Shown: positions 37,390-46,052 of the stretch, in pieces
Numbering within the stretch: the first letter of the stretch is position 1
Layout: each line of letters starts with the position of its first letter
Origin: Pseudomonadota bacterium
Lineage (GTDB): Bacteria; Pseudomonadota; Alphaproteobacteria; Rhodobacterales; Rhodobacteraceae
Assembly (NCBI GenBank): GCA_021813365.1
Contig: JAKALB010000003.1
Span: 360-64,359 of the forward strand
Direction: 5' to 3'
DNA length: 64,000 bases
Program-made: the position numbers and the translations under genes
Notes under the pieces: model-generated
Seen by the model: only the letters and a program-made list of their open reading frames with translations
Databases searched by the model: none
Told to the model about the DNA's origin: nothing

Positions 37390-39204
37390 ATGCGCCTGTC
37401 TGATGTCTCGCCCTCGCACGGTTCCCTCCAGTTCGGCGACCTTCCCGAATGGGATCTGACCGACCTCTATGCCAGCCCCGACGCGCCCGAGCTAGAGCGC
37501 GACATGGGCGATGTGCAGCGCGCGGTCCTGGCCTTCGAGGCGGCCTACAAGGGCAAGCTGGCCGGACTGACGGCAGATCAGATGCTGGCCTGCGTGCGGG
37601 AATATGAACGCATCGACACGGTGGCCGGGCGCATCATGTCCTACGCCGGTCTGCGCTATTACCAGAACACGATGGACAGCGAGCGGGCAAAGTTCATTGC
37701 CGACTGCCAGGATCGGATCACCTCGGCCACGACGCCGCTGGTGTTCTTCACGCTCGAGTTCAACCGGCTGGAGGATGCCCATCTGGCCGGGCTGCTGGCG
37801 CAGAATGCCGATCTGGCACGCTACAGGCCGGTGTTCGACCGGATGCGCGCGATGCGGCCCTATCAGCTCTCGGACGAGTTGGAGACCTGGCTGCATGATG
37901 CAAGCGTCGTGGGGGCCAGTGCCTGGAACAAGCTGTTCGACGAGACGATGGCCGGCCTGACCTTCCAGGTGCAAGGCGAGGATGAGCCGCTGAACCTGGA
38001 AGCCACGCTGAATCTGCTGACCGATGGGGTCCGTGACCGGCGCGAAGCCGGAGCGCGGGCTCTGGCCGAGGTGTTCGACAAGAACATCAAGCTGTTCGCC
38101 CGGATCACCAACACGCTGGCCAAGAGCAAGGAAATCGAGGACCGCTGGCGCAAGATGCCGACGCCGCAGACGGCGCGGCACCTGTCGAACCATGTGGAAC
38201 CCGAAGTGGTCGAGGCGCTGCGCAATGCCGTGGTCGCAGCCTATCCCAAGCTGTCGCACCGCTATTACCGGCTGAAGGCCAGATGGATGGGGTTGGACAA
38301 GTTGCAGATCTGGGACCGGAACGCGCCCCTGCCCATCGAACAGCCGCGACTGGTGAACTGGGACGAGGCCCGGGCAACGGTGACGAAGGCCTATGCCGCC
38401 TTCGATCCGCGCATGGCAGAACTGGCCGAGCCGTTCTTCACCCGCGGCTGGATCGATGCCGGGGTCAAGCCGGGCAAGGCGCCTGGCGCCTTCGCCCATC
38501 CCACCGTCACCACCGTGCACCCTTACGTGATGCTGAACTATCTGGGCAAACCGCGCGACGTGATGACGCTGGCGCACGAACTCGGCCACGGCGTTCACCA
38601 GAGGCTCGCGGCGGCGCAGGGGGAACTGCTGTCCTCCACCCCGCTGACGCTGGCCGAAACCGCCTCGGTCTTTGGCGAGATGCTGACCTTCCGCGCGCTG
38701 CTCGATCAGGCCCGGACCACGGCCGAACGCAAGACGCTGCTGGCCGGCAAGGTCGAGGACATGATCAACACGGTCGTCCGCCAGATCGCCTTCTACGATT
38801 TCGAATGCAAGCTGCACGCCGCACGCGCCGATGGCGAGTTGACGCCCGACGCGATCAACGCGCTGTGGATGAGCGTCCAGTCCGAAAGCCTGGGCGACGC
38901 CTTCGATTTCATGGACGGGTATGAAACCTTCTGGACCTACATCCCCCACTTCATCCACTCGCCCTTCTATGTCTATGCCTATGCCTTCGGCGACGGGCTG
39001 GTGAACGCGCTCTATGCCGCCTATGCCGGCGGGCTGCCGGGATTTCAGGACAAGTATTTCGAGATGCTGAAGGCTGGCGGCTCCAAGCACCACAAGGAGC
39101 TTCTGGCGCCATTCGGCCTCGATCTGACCGACCCGGCCTTCTGGGACAAGGGCCTGTCGATGATCGCGGGCTTCATCGACGAACTGGAGGCGATGGAGGC
39201 GTGA
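37390..39204 (+). CDS. pepF: M3 family oligoendopeptidase F
   Basis: LPEWDLTDLY, WIDA...GKAPGAF, AHELGHGVH (HExxH), LAETASVFGE, HSPFYVYAY. Confidence 0.93.
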   Translation: MRLSDVSPSHGSLQFGDLPEWDLTDLYASPDAPELERDMGDVQRAVLAFEAAYKGKLAGLTADQMLACVREYERIDTVAGRIMSYAGLRYYQNTMDSERAKFIADCQDRITSATTPLVFFTLEFNRLEDAHLAGLLAQNADLARYRPVFDRMRAMRPYQLSDELETWLHDASVVGASAWNKLFDETMAGLTFQVQGEDEPLNLEATLNLLTDGVRDRREAGARALAEVFDKNIKLFARITNTLAKSKEIEDRWRKMPTPQTARHLSNHVEPEVVEALRNAVVAAYPKLSHRYYRLKARWMGLDKLQIWDRNAPLPIEQPRLVNWDEARATVTKAYAAFDPRMAELAEPFFTRGWIDAGVKPGKAPGAFAHPTVTTVHPYVMLNYLGKPRDVMTLAHELGHGVHQRLAAAQGELLSSTPLTLAETASVFGEMLTFRALLDQARTTAERKTLLAGKVEDMINTVVRQIAFYDFECKLHAARADGELTPDAINALWMSVQSESLGDAFDFMDGYETFWTYIPHFIHSPFYVYAYAFGDGLVNALYAAYAGGLPGFQDKYFEMLKAGGSKHHKELLAPFGLDLTDPAFWDKGLSMIAGFIDELEAMEA

Positions 39205-39230
39205 CGCCCGACCGCGCGGCTTTCAACAAC

Positions 39231-39262
39231 CAGGCGGCGGCCATGTCACGGGCCGCCGCCTG
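39231..39262. terminator. 12-bp GC-rich stem-loop downstream of pepF (possible terminator/stabiliser)
   Basis: caggcggcggcc-atgtcacg-ggccgccgcctg; no clear U-tract. Confidence 0.45.
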
Positions 39263-39400
39263 CCATCGCCCGCATCCGGCACGGCAGATCTGAACGGCGC
39301 CGCACCGGCCATGCCCGCGGAATCGGGCCAGGATGAATCGCGGGATGAAGGATGGGGCAAACCCATCCCCCACCTTTAGCGCACTGTCCGCCCCTAGCGA

Positions 39401-39452
39401 GGCCCGTGACCTTGGCCCGTGACCTTGGCCCGTGACCTTGGCCCGTGACCTT
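39401..39452. repeat. 13-bp tandem repeat (ggcccgtgacctt) x4
   Basis: Four perfect adjacent copies, no spacers, intergenic between convergent genes. Confidence 0.95.
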
Positions 39453-39583
39453 GGCCCCCGATCGAGGCACTCGCCGCCGCCGATCGACATGGCGCTGCCC
39501 TGCCCGAGCGTCATGGCGCAGCGGAAACGCCCGCCCAGGATGCCGGCCGCACTGGCGGCTGATCCGCCCGCCGGCGCCGCGCG

Positions 39584-40030
39584 TCAGACCCCCGATACCC
39601 CGGCCAGGTGACGCGGCAACTCGGCCTCGGGGGTTTTCATCAGATCCTTGGGCAGTTCGGCCGCGACATGGGCGGCCAATTGCTTCGGCAGCGCATCGCG
39701 GAGCGCGCCCAGCAGCTTCGGACCGGCGGCGATCACGATCCGGTCGGCGCGCGCCGCGGTCCAGGCCTGGTCGAGCGCCGCGACGGCATGACGTGCGAGG
39801 CTGGCGCGTTCCAGATCCTCGCCGGCCCCGGGGTCGGCGCCCACGGTGAACGAGGCGCCCCCCGGCCCGGTGTGCCCGTGGACCTTTTCGGAACGAAAGC
39901 CATGCACGACCTGGCCAAGCTGGTCAGCCTTCTGGTGGGCGATCCGGGTCAGACCCCTGGTGCCCTCGCCCCGGTAGATCGAGAAAGCTGCTTCGGATGC
40001 GATGAGATAGATCGTGATCGGGCTGCGCAT
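39584..40030 (-). CDS. Host attachment protein AtsE / baeRF12-like protein
   Basis: IYLIASEAAFSIY, ARHAVAAL, IVIAAGPKLLGALRDALP, AELPKDLMK. Confidence 0.75.
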   Translation of the reverse strand: MRSPITIYLIASEAAFSIYRGEGTRGLTRIAHQKADQLGQVVHGFRSEKVHGHTGPGGASFTVGADPGAGEDLERASLARHAVAALDQAWTAARADRIVIAAGPKLLGALRDALPKQLAAHVAAELPKDLMKTPEAELPRHLAGVSGV

Positions 40031-40114
40031 GGCCATCCTCCTGAAGGTTCACCCCGCATGAGACCGCCGAAAGCCCGGCCGCGCCATGATCTGGCGCAAA
40101 CCGGGCCGGCCGCT

Positions 40115-40411
40115 TCAGTCCAGCGCCGACCAGGGCCAGGGCTTGTCCTCCGAGGCGGCGGTCTGGAATCTGGCCGCCTTGGCTTGCCACTTGCCCAGGG
40201 CGGTGCCGAAGGCCGCAATCTGGGCGTTGGGCTGCCCCTTGTCGGCCAGCATGACGATGAACTGCACGATGGTCATCACATGCAGCACCGCCGTCGCCGC
40301 GCCGATCAGGATGCCCACCAGGATGACATGCAAGAGCCGCCAGGCCATCCGGCTGCGGTCAAGGCTCGGCACGGGTTTGGAATCCTTGGGGATTTCGGTA
40401 GACTCGGTCAT
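40115..40411 (-). CDS. DUF4389-domain small membrane protein
   Basis: RLLHVIL...TIVQFIVML...PNAQIAAFG..LGKW...ARFQT..SEDKPWPW. Confidence 0.75.
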   Translation of the reverse strand: MTESTEIPKDSKPVPSLDRSRMAWRLLHVILVGILIGAATAVLHVMTIVQFIVMLADKGQPNAQIAAFGTALGKWQAKAARFQTAASEDKPWPWSALD

Positions 40412-40513
40412 GAAAGCCTCCTGCTTCCGGTGTGTTCCGGATATGGGAAGGCTGCGGGCGGTTGTCACCCTCTCTGCCCCGGCGCAATGCCGATTTTGTT
40501 GGGCCGATTCGCC

Positions 40514-41518
40514 CTAGATCGCGATTTCGATCCCGACGTTGAACACCCGGTCGATCATCGCCTGGGTGCCGCGCACGAATTCCAGCGGGCAGGGATAGGG
40601 CGTGCCATCGCGAACCGCGGCATTGAACGCCTCGACCTGCAGCACGTATTGGTTGGAGCGGGGGAAACGCTCTTCCCGCATGGCCTGTCCGGGCATGTGC
40701 AACTCGATTTTCGCCATGTCGTGCACATTGGCGTTGAACGGCGCGTTCGCCACCCGGATCATGCCCTTGTCGCCCTGAAAGGTCACTTCCTGCCGGGGGA
40801 ACAACCGCATCGAAGTCATGGCCGAATAGGTGAAGCGCGGGCAATACCCGCTGGCCGCCCCGGCCATCGTGCCGGTCACCTGCGCCCAGGTGTCCACGCC
40901 GTTTTCGCGCATCAGCCTGGCCTGCAGATCCTGCGGCTCGGCACCAGTGACGAAGCGGACCGAGCCATAGGTATAGACGCCGATGTCGCGGATGCCGCCG
41001 CCGCCGGTATCGGCCCGGTTGCGGATGTTCTGCGCGTCGTCCCGGTTGTCGTAGCTGAAGGCGGCATCGACATGGCTCACCCGGCCGATGGCGCCCGACT
41101 GCACCAGTTCGCGGGCGCGCTGCCACTGGGGATGAAACACGATCATGTAGGCTTCGGCGGCTAGCCGCCTGGCGTTGTCGCGGGCGATGATGATCTGGTC
41201 GATCTCGCGCGCATGCATGGCGATGGGCTTTTCGGTCAGCACATGCTTGCCCGCCGCCAGGGCCTTCAGCGTCCACATCACATGCAGATGGTTGGGCAGC
41301 GGGATGTAGACCGCGTCGATCTCCGGATCGGCCAGCAGGGCATCATAGGTCGGATGGACCTTCAGATCGGGGCAGAAATCGCGGAATTCGCTGGCCTTGT
41401 CGGCCCAGGCGCTGGCCAGCGCCGCAAACTTGCCGCCGCGCGCCATGTGGATCGCCGGCGCCATATGCTCGCGCGCGAATCTCGAAGCCCCAAGCACACC
41501 CCAACGAACCGGTTCCAT
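40514..41518 (-). CDS. Gfo/Idh/MocA family oxidoreductase
   Basis: VRWGVLGAS, IDAVYIPLPNHLH, HVLTEKP, GGGGIRDIGVY. Confidence 0.92.
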   Translation of the reverse strand: MEPVRWGVLGASRFAREHMAPAIHMARGGKFAALASAWADKASEFRDFCPDLKVHPTYDALLADPEIDAVYIPLPNHLHVMWTLKALAAGKHVLTEKPIAMHAREIDQIIIARDNARRLAAEAYMIVFHPQWQRARELVQSGAIGRVSHVDAAFSYDNRDDAQNIRNRADTGGGGIRDIGVYTYGSVRFVTGAEPQDLQARLMRENGVDTWAQVTGTMAGAASGYCPRFTYSAMTSMRLFPRQEVTFQGDKGMIRVANAPFNANVHDMAKIELHMPGQAMREERFPRSNQYVLQVEAFNAAVRDGTPYPCPLEFVRGTQAMIDRVFNVGIEIAI

Positions 41519-41573
41519 CCTGTCCCTCCCCTGTTGCGAGACAGGTTAGAAAGATCGCCGGCCAGGGGCAAGG

Positions 41574-42380
41574 TCACTCGTCCGGATGGTCCGGGCCGGA
41601 AAGGTCGGGCTCGGGATCGGCAAGGTCGGTGTCGCCCAGGGGCTCGCGGGCCCTGCGCCGCCGCCAGGTGGCCAGGAACCATCCGATGGCCACGGCATAG
41701 GCCGCATCGATCACCATCATCGTGGCCCAGAGATGGCTGGCCAGCGCCGCCAGCACCAGCACGGCGGCCAGCACGACATAGCGGACATTCTCGGCATAGA
41801 AAGTGACCGACTTGAACGACGGTGTCGGCAGGCGCGAGATCATCAGCCCGCCCACGCCCATGATATACAGCGCCAGGATGGCCGGCGGCACCTGGGGCAG
41901 GTCGGGCCAGGTGAACGAGATATACATGGGCAGCAGGGCCAGCATCGCACCGCCCGGGGCCGGCACCCCGGTGAAGGGCATGCCCTTGGGCCTTTCCACA
42001 TCCGCGCGGTTGCCGATGTTGAACCGTGCCAGTCGCAGCAGGCAGCAGACCGCATAGAAGATGGCCGCCGCCCAGCCTTCGGTCCCCATGGCTTGCAGGT
42101 TCCACAGGTACAGGACCAGCGCGGGCGCCACGCCGAAATTCACGAAATCGCCCAGCGAATCCAGCTCGGCACCCATTTCGCTGACCGACTTCAGCAGCCG
42201 CGCCAGGCGGCCATCCAGCCCGTCCAGCACGGCGGCCAGCAGGATCAGCGTCACCGCGATCTGGAAATTGCCCGCCACCGCATAGCGGATCCCGGTCAGC
42301 CCCGAGCACAGCGCCCCCACGGTCATCATGTTGGGCAAGAGCTGGGCGAGATCCAGTTCGCGACGCTTGCGCTCTGCCAT
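41574..42380 (-). CDS. pssA: CDP-diacylglycerol--serine O-phosphatidyltransferase
   Basis: DGLDGRLAR...GAELDSLGD CDP-alcohol motif, RLARFN, FTGVPAP; coupled to psd. Confidence 0.92.
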   Translation of the reverse strand: MAERKRRELDLAQLLPNMMTVGALCSGLTGIRYAVAGNFQIAVTLILLAAVLDGLDGRLARLLKSVSEMGAELDSLGDFVNFGVAPALVLYLWNLQAMGTEGWAAAIFYAVCCLLRLARFNIGNRADVERPKGMPFTGVPAPGGAMLALLPMYISFTWPDLPQVPPAILALYIMGVGGLMISRLPTPSFKSVTFYAENVRYVVLAAVLVLAALASHLWATMMVIDAAYAVAIGWFLATWRRRRAREPLGDTDLADPEPDLSGPDHPDE

Positions 42381-43073
42381 CTACGCGCTCCGCGCCAGCC
42401 GCGCCGGGCCGGTGGCGTTCAGGTCGGCCAGCACGGTCTCGCCCGCGATCATGGTCTGGCCCAGCGCCACCATCGGCGCCACCCCCGGCGGCAGATAGAC
42501 ATCCAGACGCGAGCCAAAGCGGATCAGGCCAAAACGGTCGCCGGCGCGCAGCCCCTGCCCCACCCTGGCCCAGCAGACGATGCGCCGCGCCACCAGCCCG
42601 GCGATCTGCACGACCACCAGCTTGCGGCCATCGGCCATCTCGATCGTCAACGCATTGCGTTCATTGTCGGAACTGGCCTTGTCCAGCGCTGCGTTGAAGA
42701 ACTTGCCCGGCCGATAGGCCACGGTGGCGATCTTGCCATCAACCGGCATCCGGTTCACATGGCAATTGAACACCGACATGAAAACCGATACGCGCAGCAG
42801 GCTTGCCTCACCCAGGCCCAGCTCCGCCGGCGGCACGGCGGGCTCGATCAGCGACACCACGCCATCGGCCGGCGACAGCACCAGCCCCTCGCCCAGCGGC
42901 ACCGAGCGCACCGGGTCGCGAAAGAAGTAATAGCACCAGATGGTCAGCCCCAGGCCCACCCAGCCCAGCGGCTCCCACAGCCAGAACAGGGCCAGTGTCA
43001 CCGCGGCGAAGATCGCGACAAAGCGCCAGCCTTCCGGGTGCATGGGCTTGAGAAAGGTGCCTAGCATGGTCAT
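42381..43073 (-). CDS. psd: Phosphatidylserine decarboxylase proenzyme
   Basis: [34 protein letters not shown] self-cleavage motif. Confidence 0.95.
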   Translation of the reverse strand: MTMLGTFLKPMHPEGWRFVAIFAAVTLALFWLWEPLGWVGLGLTIWCYYFFRDPVRSVPLGEGLVLSPADGVVSLIEPAVPPAELGLGEASLLRVSVFMSVFNCHVNRMPVDGKIATVAYRPGKFFNAALDKASSDNERNALTIEMADGRKLVVVQIAGLVARRIVCWARVGQGLRAGDRFGLIRFGSRLDVYLPPGVAPMVALGQTMIAGETVLADLNATGPARLARSA

Positions 43074-43264
43074 GGGCGATCTCCCTGCGCGTCAGGCCGG
43101 GTGATACCGGGACCGGCCCCCCAATTCAAACGGAAACCGGCACGGCAAACCGGACGCCAGGCTCATGCCATCCCTGCCCGCATCAGGCGCGCATGCCCCG
43201 TCGCGCCCGCGGCAGCCACCCGCGCGCAAGCCCGCCCTGGCTGCCACGCGCGCGCGCCGATGCA

Positions 43265-43313
43265 TTCTCCTTGCCCCAAATATCCCGGGGGGCGCAGCGG
43301 GGGCGGAGCCCCC
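43265..43313. repeat. Solo REP/MITE-like copy downstream of rpoH
   Basis: ttctccttgccccaaatatcccgggggg...gggggcggagccccc. Confidence 0.7.
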
Positions 43314-43394
43314 ACCACCCGAGGTCACGGCGGCAGCCGCGGCCGAGAGGGCAGGCCCGGCGCAGCCACCGCCGGATCCCGCCGGCTCCGGCGC

Positions 43395-44291
43395 TCAGGC
43401 CGGGATGATCATGCCCTTTTCGCGGGCCAGTTCGCGCATCTTCTGCTGCAGCTTTTCGAAGGCGCGCACTTCGATCTGGCGAATGCGTTCGCGGCTGACG
43501 CCATAGCTTTCCGACAGTTCCTCCAGCGTCACCGGCTCGTCCGCCAGGCGGCGCTTGATCAGCACATCCTTCTCGCGCTCGTTCAGCACGGCCATGGCCC
43601 GGGCCAGCAGCGCATGGCGGGCGTCGAACTCGTCCTTCTCGGCGTAATCGCTGGCCTGGTCGGAATTCTCGTCCTCCAGCCAGTCCTGCCATTGCGTTGT
43701 CGAATCGCCATCGGACCCCACGATCGCGTTCAGCGATGCATCGCCCCCGGACAACCGACGGTTCATGTCGATCACCTCGGTTTCAGAGACGGACAGATCC
43801 TTGGCGATCTGCTTCAGCGCCTCGGGGCGCAGATCGCCGTCCTCCAGCGCACCGACCTTGGCCTTGGCCTTGCGCAGGTTGAAGAAAAGCTTCTTCTGGG
43901 CCGAAGTGGTGCCAAGCTTGACCAGCGACCACGACCGCAGGATATATTCCTGGATCGAGGCCCGGATCCACCACATCGCATAGGTGGCCAGCCGAAAGCC
44001 CTTGTCCGGGTCGAACCGCTTGACCGCCTGCATCAGGCCGACGTTCGCCTCGGAAATCACCTCGGCCTGGGGCAGGCCATAGCCGCGGTAGCCCATGGCG
44101 ATCTTGGCGGCCAGCCGCAGATGCGATGTCACCAGTTGATGGGCGGCCTGCGCGTCCTGATGATCGGCCCAGCGCTTGGCCAGCATGTATTCCTGTTCCG
44201 GTTCCAGCAGCGGGAACTTGCGGATTTCCTGGAGATACCGGTTCAACCCCTGTTCGGGGCTGGGGGCCGGCAGGTTGGCATAGGTGCTCAC
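43395..44291 (-). CDS. rpoH: RNA polymerase sigma-32 factor
   Basis: SHLRLAAKIA, RpoH box KLGTTSAQKKLFFNLR, GVSRERIRQIE. Confidence 0.96.
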   Translation of the reverse strand: MSTYANLPAPSPEQGLNRYLQEIRKFPLLEPEQEYMLAKRWADHQDAQAAHQLVTSHLRLAAKIAMGYRGYGLPQAEVISEANVGLMQAVKRFDPDKGFRLATYAMWWIRASIQEYILRSWSLVKLGTTSAQKKLFFNLRKAKAKVGALEDGDLRPEALKQIAKDLSVSETEVIDMNRRLSGGDASLNAIVGSDGDSTTQWQDWLEDENSDQASDYAEKDEFDARHALLARAMAVLNEREKDVLIKRRLADEPVTLEELSESYGVSRERIRQIEVRAFEKLQQKMRELAREKGMIIPA

Positions 44292-44346
44292 TGTTTGACG
44301 CTCCCTTTCGCCCGGGTCTTGCCTTGAAGCCCCCGGGAATGCGCAA

Positions 44347-44375
44347 ATCTAGGAATCACGGGGCCGGGTTGCAAG
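44347..44375 (-). promoter_or_regulatory. Putative sigma32-type promoter of rpoH (CTTGCA-N16-CCTAGAT)
   Basis: Close to the alphaproteobacterial RpoH consensus CTTGAA-N15/16-CCTATAT; about 55 nt upstream of rpoH ATG. Confidence 0.6.
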
Positions 44376-44600
44376 CCTGCTTCATCCGGCCATCGAAAGA
44401 TGAACGTGGCATGACCGGATTTCCGCCGGCCGGAATCTTGCCGCGGAATTCGTGGTGAACCCGGTGGAAGAGCTCGCAGCCGGCGCCGCACCGACAGGGG
44501 CGATGCCCGACCGCCCGGTGGGCGCGCAGCGGGGCGGTCGGGCATGGCCGCGCGGGGCTGCGGGCCTTCGGTCGGGGTTTGAGGCGCGGGCCACCCCGCC

Positions 44601-45659
44601 TCAGACCCCGGCGCGCAGGGCCGCGAGCAGGGCCCGCATGTCCGGCGGCAGGGGCGCGGCGAATTCCAGACGCTCGCCGGTCAGCGGGTGGTCAAAGCCC
44701 AGCGTCGCGGCGTGCAGGGCCTGCCGGGGAAAGGCGTTGGCCAGGGCCGCGGCCTGGGCGCCCAGCGCCCTGGCGGTCTGCCGCCTCGCGCCGCCATAGG
44801 TGGCGTCACCGATCAGCCCATGACCCGCATAAGCCATGTGGACCCGGATCTGATGCGTGCGGCCGGTTTCCAGCCGGCATTCGGCCAGACAGGCGGCTCC
44901 CTGGCCGAAGCTTTCCAGCACCCGCACCCGGGTCACCGCATGGCGCCCCTGATCCCAGACCACGGCCTGACGCTGGCGGTCGGTGCGGTGGCGGTCCAGA
45001 TGGGTGGCGATCTTCAGGATGCCACCGGCCTCGAAACTGACACCGCGCAGGCCGCGCAGGCGGGGGTCGGCCGCCGAGGGCGTGCCATGCAGCACGGCCA
45101 GATAATGGCGAGTGACGCTATGCGCCTCGAACTGGGCGGCGAGATCATGGTGGGCGCGGTCGGATTTCGCCACGACCAGCAGGCCCGAAGTGTCCTTGTC
45201 GATCCGGTGCACGATGCCGGGGCGCTTCACTCCGCCAATGCCCGAAAGCGTTTCGCCGCAGTGGGCCAGCAGCGCGTTGACCAGGGTGCCGTCGGGCGTT
45301 CCCGGCGCGGGATGGACCACCATGCCCACCGGCTTGTCGATGACGATCAGATCGGCATCTTCCCAGACGACCGACAGGGGTATCGCCTGGGGCAGCACCT
45401 CCAGCACCTGGGGCGGGTCCAGGCGCAGGGTGTAGATCTGGCCTTGCGCCACCCTGGCCTTGGGGTCGATGACCGGCACGCCGTCCAGCGATACCGCGCC
45501 TTCGGTGATCATCTTCATGATCCTTGTGCGCGACAGGGCCACATCCTCTGGCACCAGGGCGGCCAAGGCCTTATCAAGGCGGTCGGGCGCTTGCGGGCCG
45601 ATGGTCAGGGCAAGCGTCCGCTCGCTGTAATCGCCGTCATCCCCGCTGGAAAAACCCAT
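44601..45659 (-). CDS. rluD: RluA/RluD family 23S rRNA pseudouridine synthase
   Basis: S4 domain (RLDKAL), IDKPVGMVVHPAPG, GIVHRIDKDTSG (catalytic Asp), LETGRTHQIRVH, RQALHA. Confidence 0.93.
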   Translation of the reverse strand: MGFSSGDDGDYSERTLALTIGPQAPDRLDKALAALVPEDVALSRTRIMKMITEGAVSLDGVPVIDPKARVAQGQIYTLRLDPPQVLEVLPQAIPLSVVWEDADLIVIDKPVGMVVHPAPGTPDGTLVNALLAHCGETLSGIGGVKRPGIVHRIDKDTSGLLVVAKSDRAHHDLAAQFEAHSVTRHYLAVLHGTPSAADPRLRGLRGVSFEAGGILKIATHLDRHRTDRQRQAVVWDQGRHAVTRVRVLESFGQGAACLAECRLETGRTHQIRVHMAYAGHGLIGDATYGGARRQTARALGAQAAALANAFPRQALHAATLGFDHPLTGERLEFAAPLPPDMRALLAALRAGV

Positions 45660-45975
45660 GTCCGATCCCGCCGAAGGCCCCGAGCGTCTGCCGCCGTCGG
45701 TGACGCTGCTGAAATGGCTGGTGATCGGCCTGACCGCCAGCATGATTGGCGGTGTCATAACCGTGGTCTGGCTGCTTGTCACCCGCCTGCCGATCCCGGC
45801 CTCTGCCCCTGCCCTGCCCGAGGCGCTGGCCCTGCCCGCCGGCGCCAGCGCCGAAGCCGTGACGATGGGGCGCAACTGGATCGGGGTGGTCACCGCCGAC
45901 GGGCGCATCCTGATCTTCAACCGAGACGGAACACTGCGGCAGGAAATCCGCATTCAGCCGGCAACCGGTGGCTGA
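45658..45975 (+). CDS. Small membrane-anchored protein (DUF6476-like)
   Basis: LKWLVIGLTASMIGGVITVVWLLVTRL TM; LALPAGA.AEAVT.G..WI.VVT. Confidence 0.75.
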   Translation: MSDPAEGPERLPPSVTLLKWLVIGLTASMIGGVITVVWLLVTRLPIPASAPALPEALALPAGASAEAVTMGRNWIGVVTADGRILIFNRDGTLRQEIRIQPATGG

Positions 45976-46052
45976 GCCTTCCGGATGGGTTGACGGACGG
46001 GTGCCCGGGCTGTCGGATGCGGCGTCATTCCCGGCGGCGGACCCCTGGCCCC

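Noticed and set aside
39401-39452. Possible CRISPR array
   Set aside because: 13-bp units are directly adjacent with no spacers, and no cas genes are present
44688-46052. N-terminal extension making the hybrid kinase 1026 aa
   Set aside because: Overlaps rluD (antisense) and the DUF6476-like gene; the real start is likely ATG 46053
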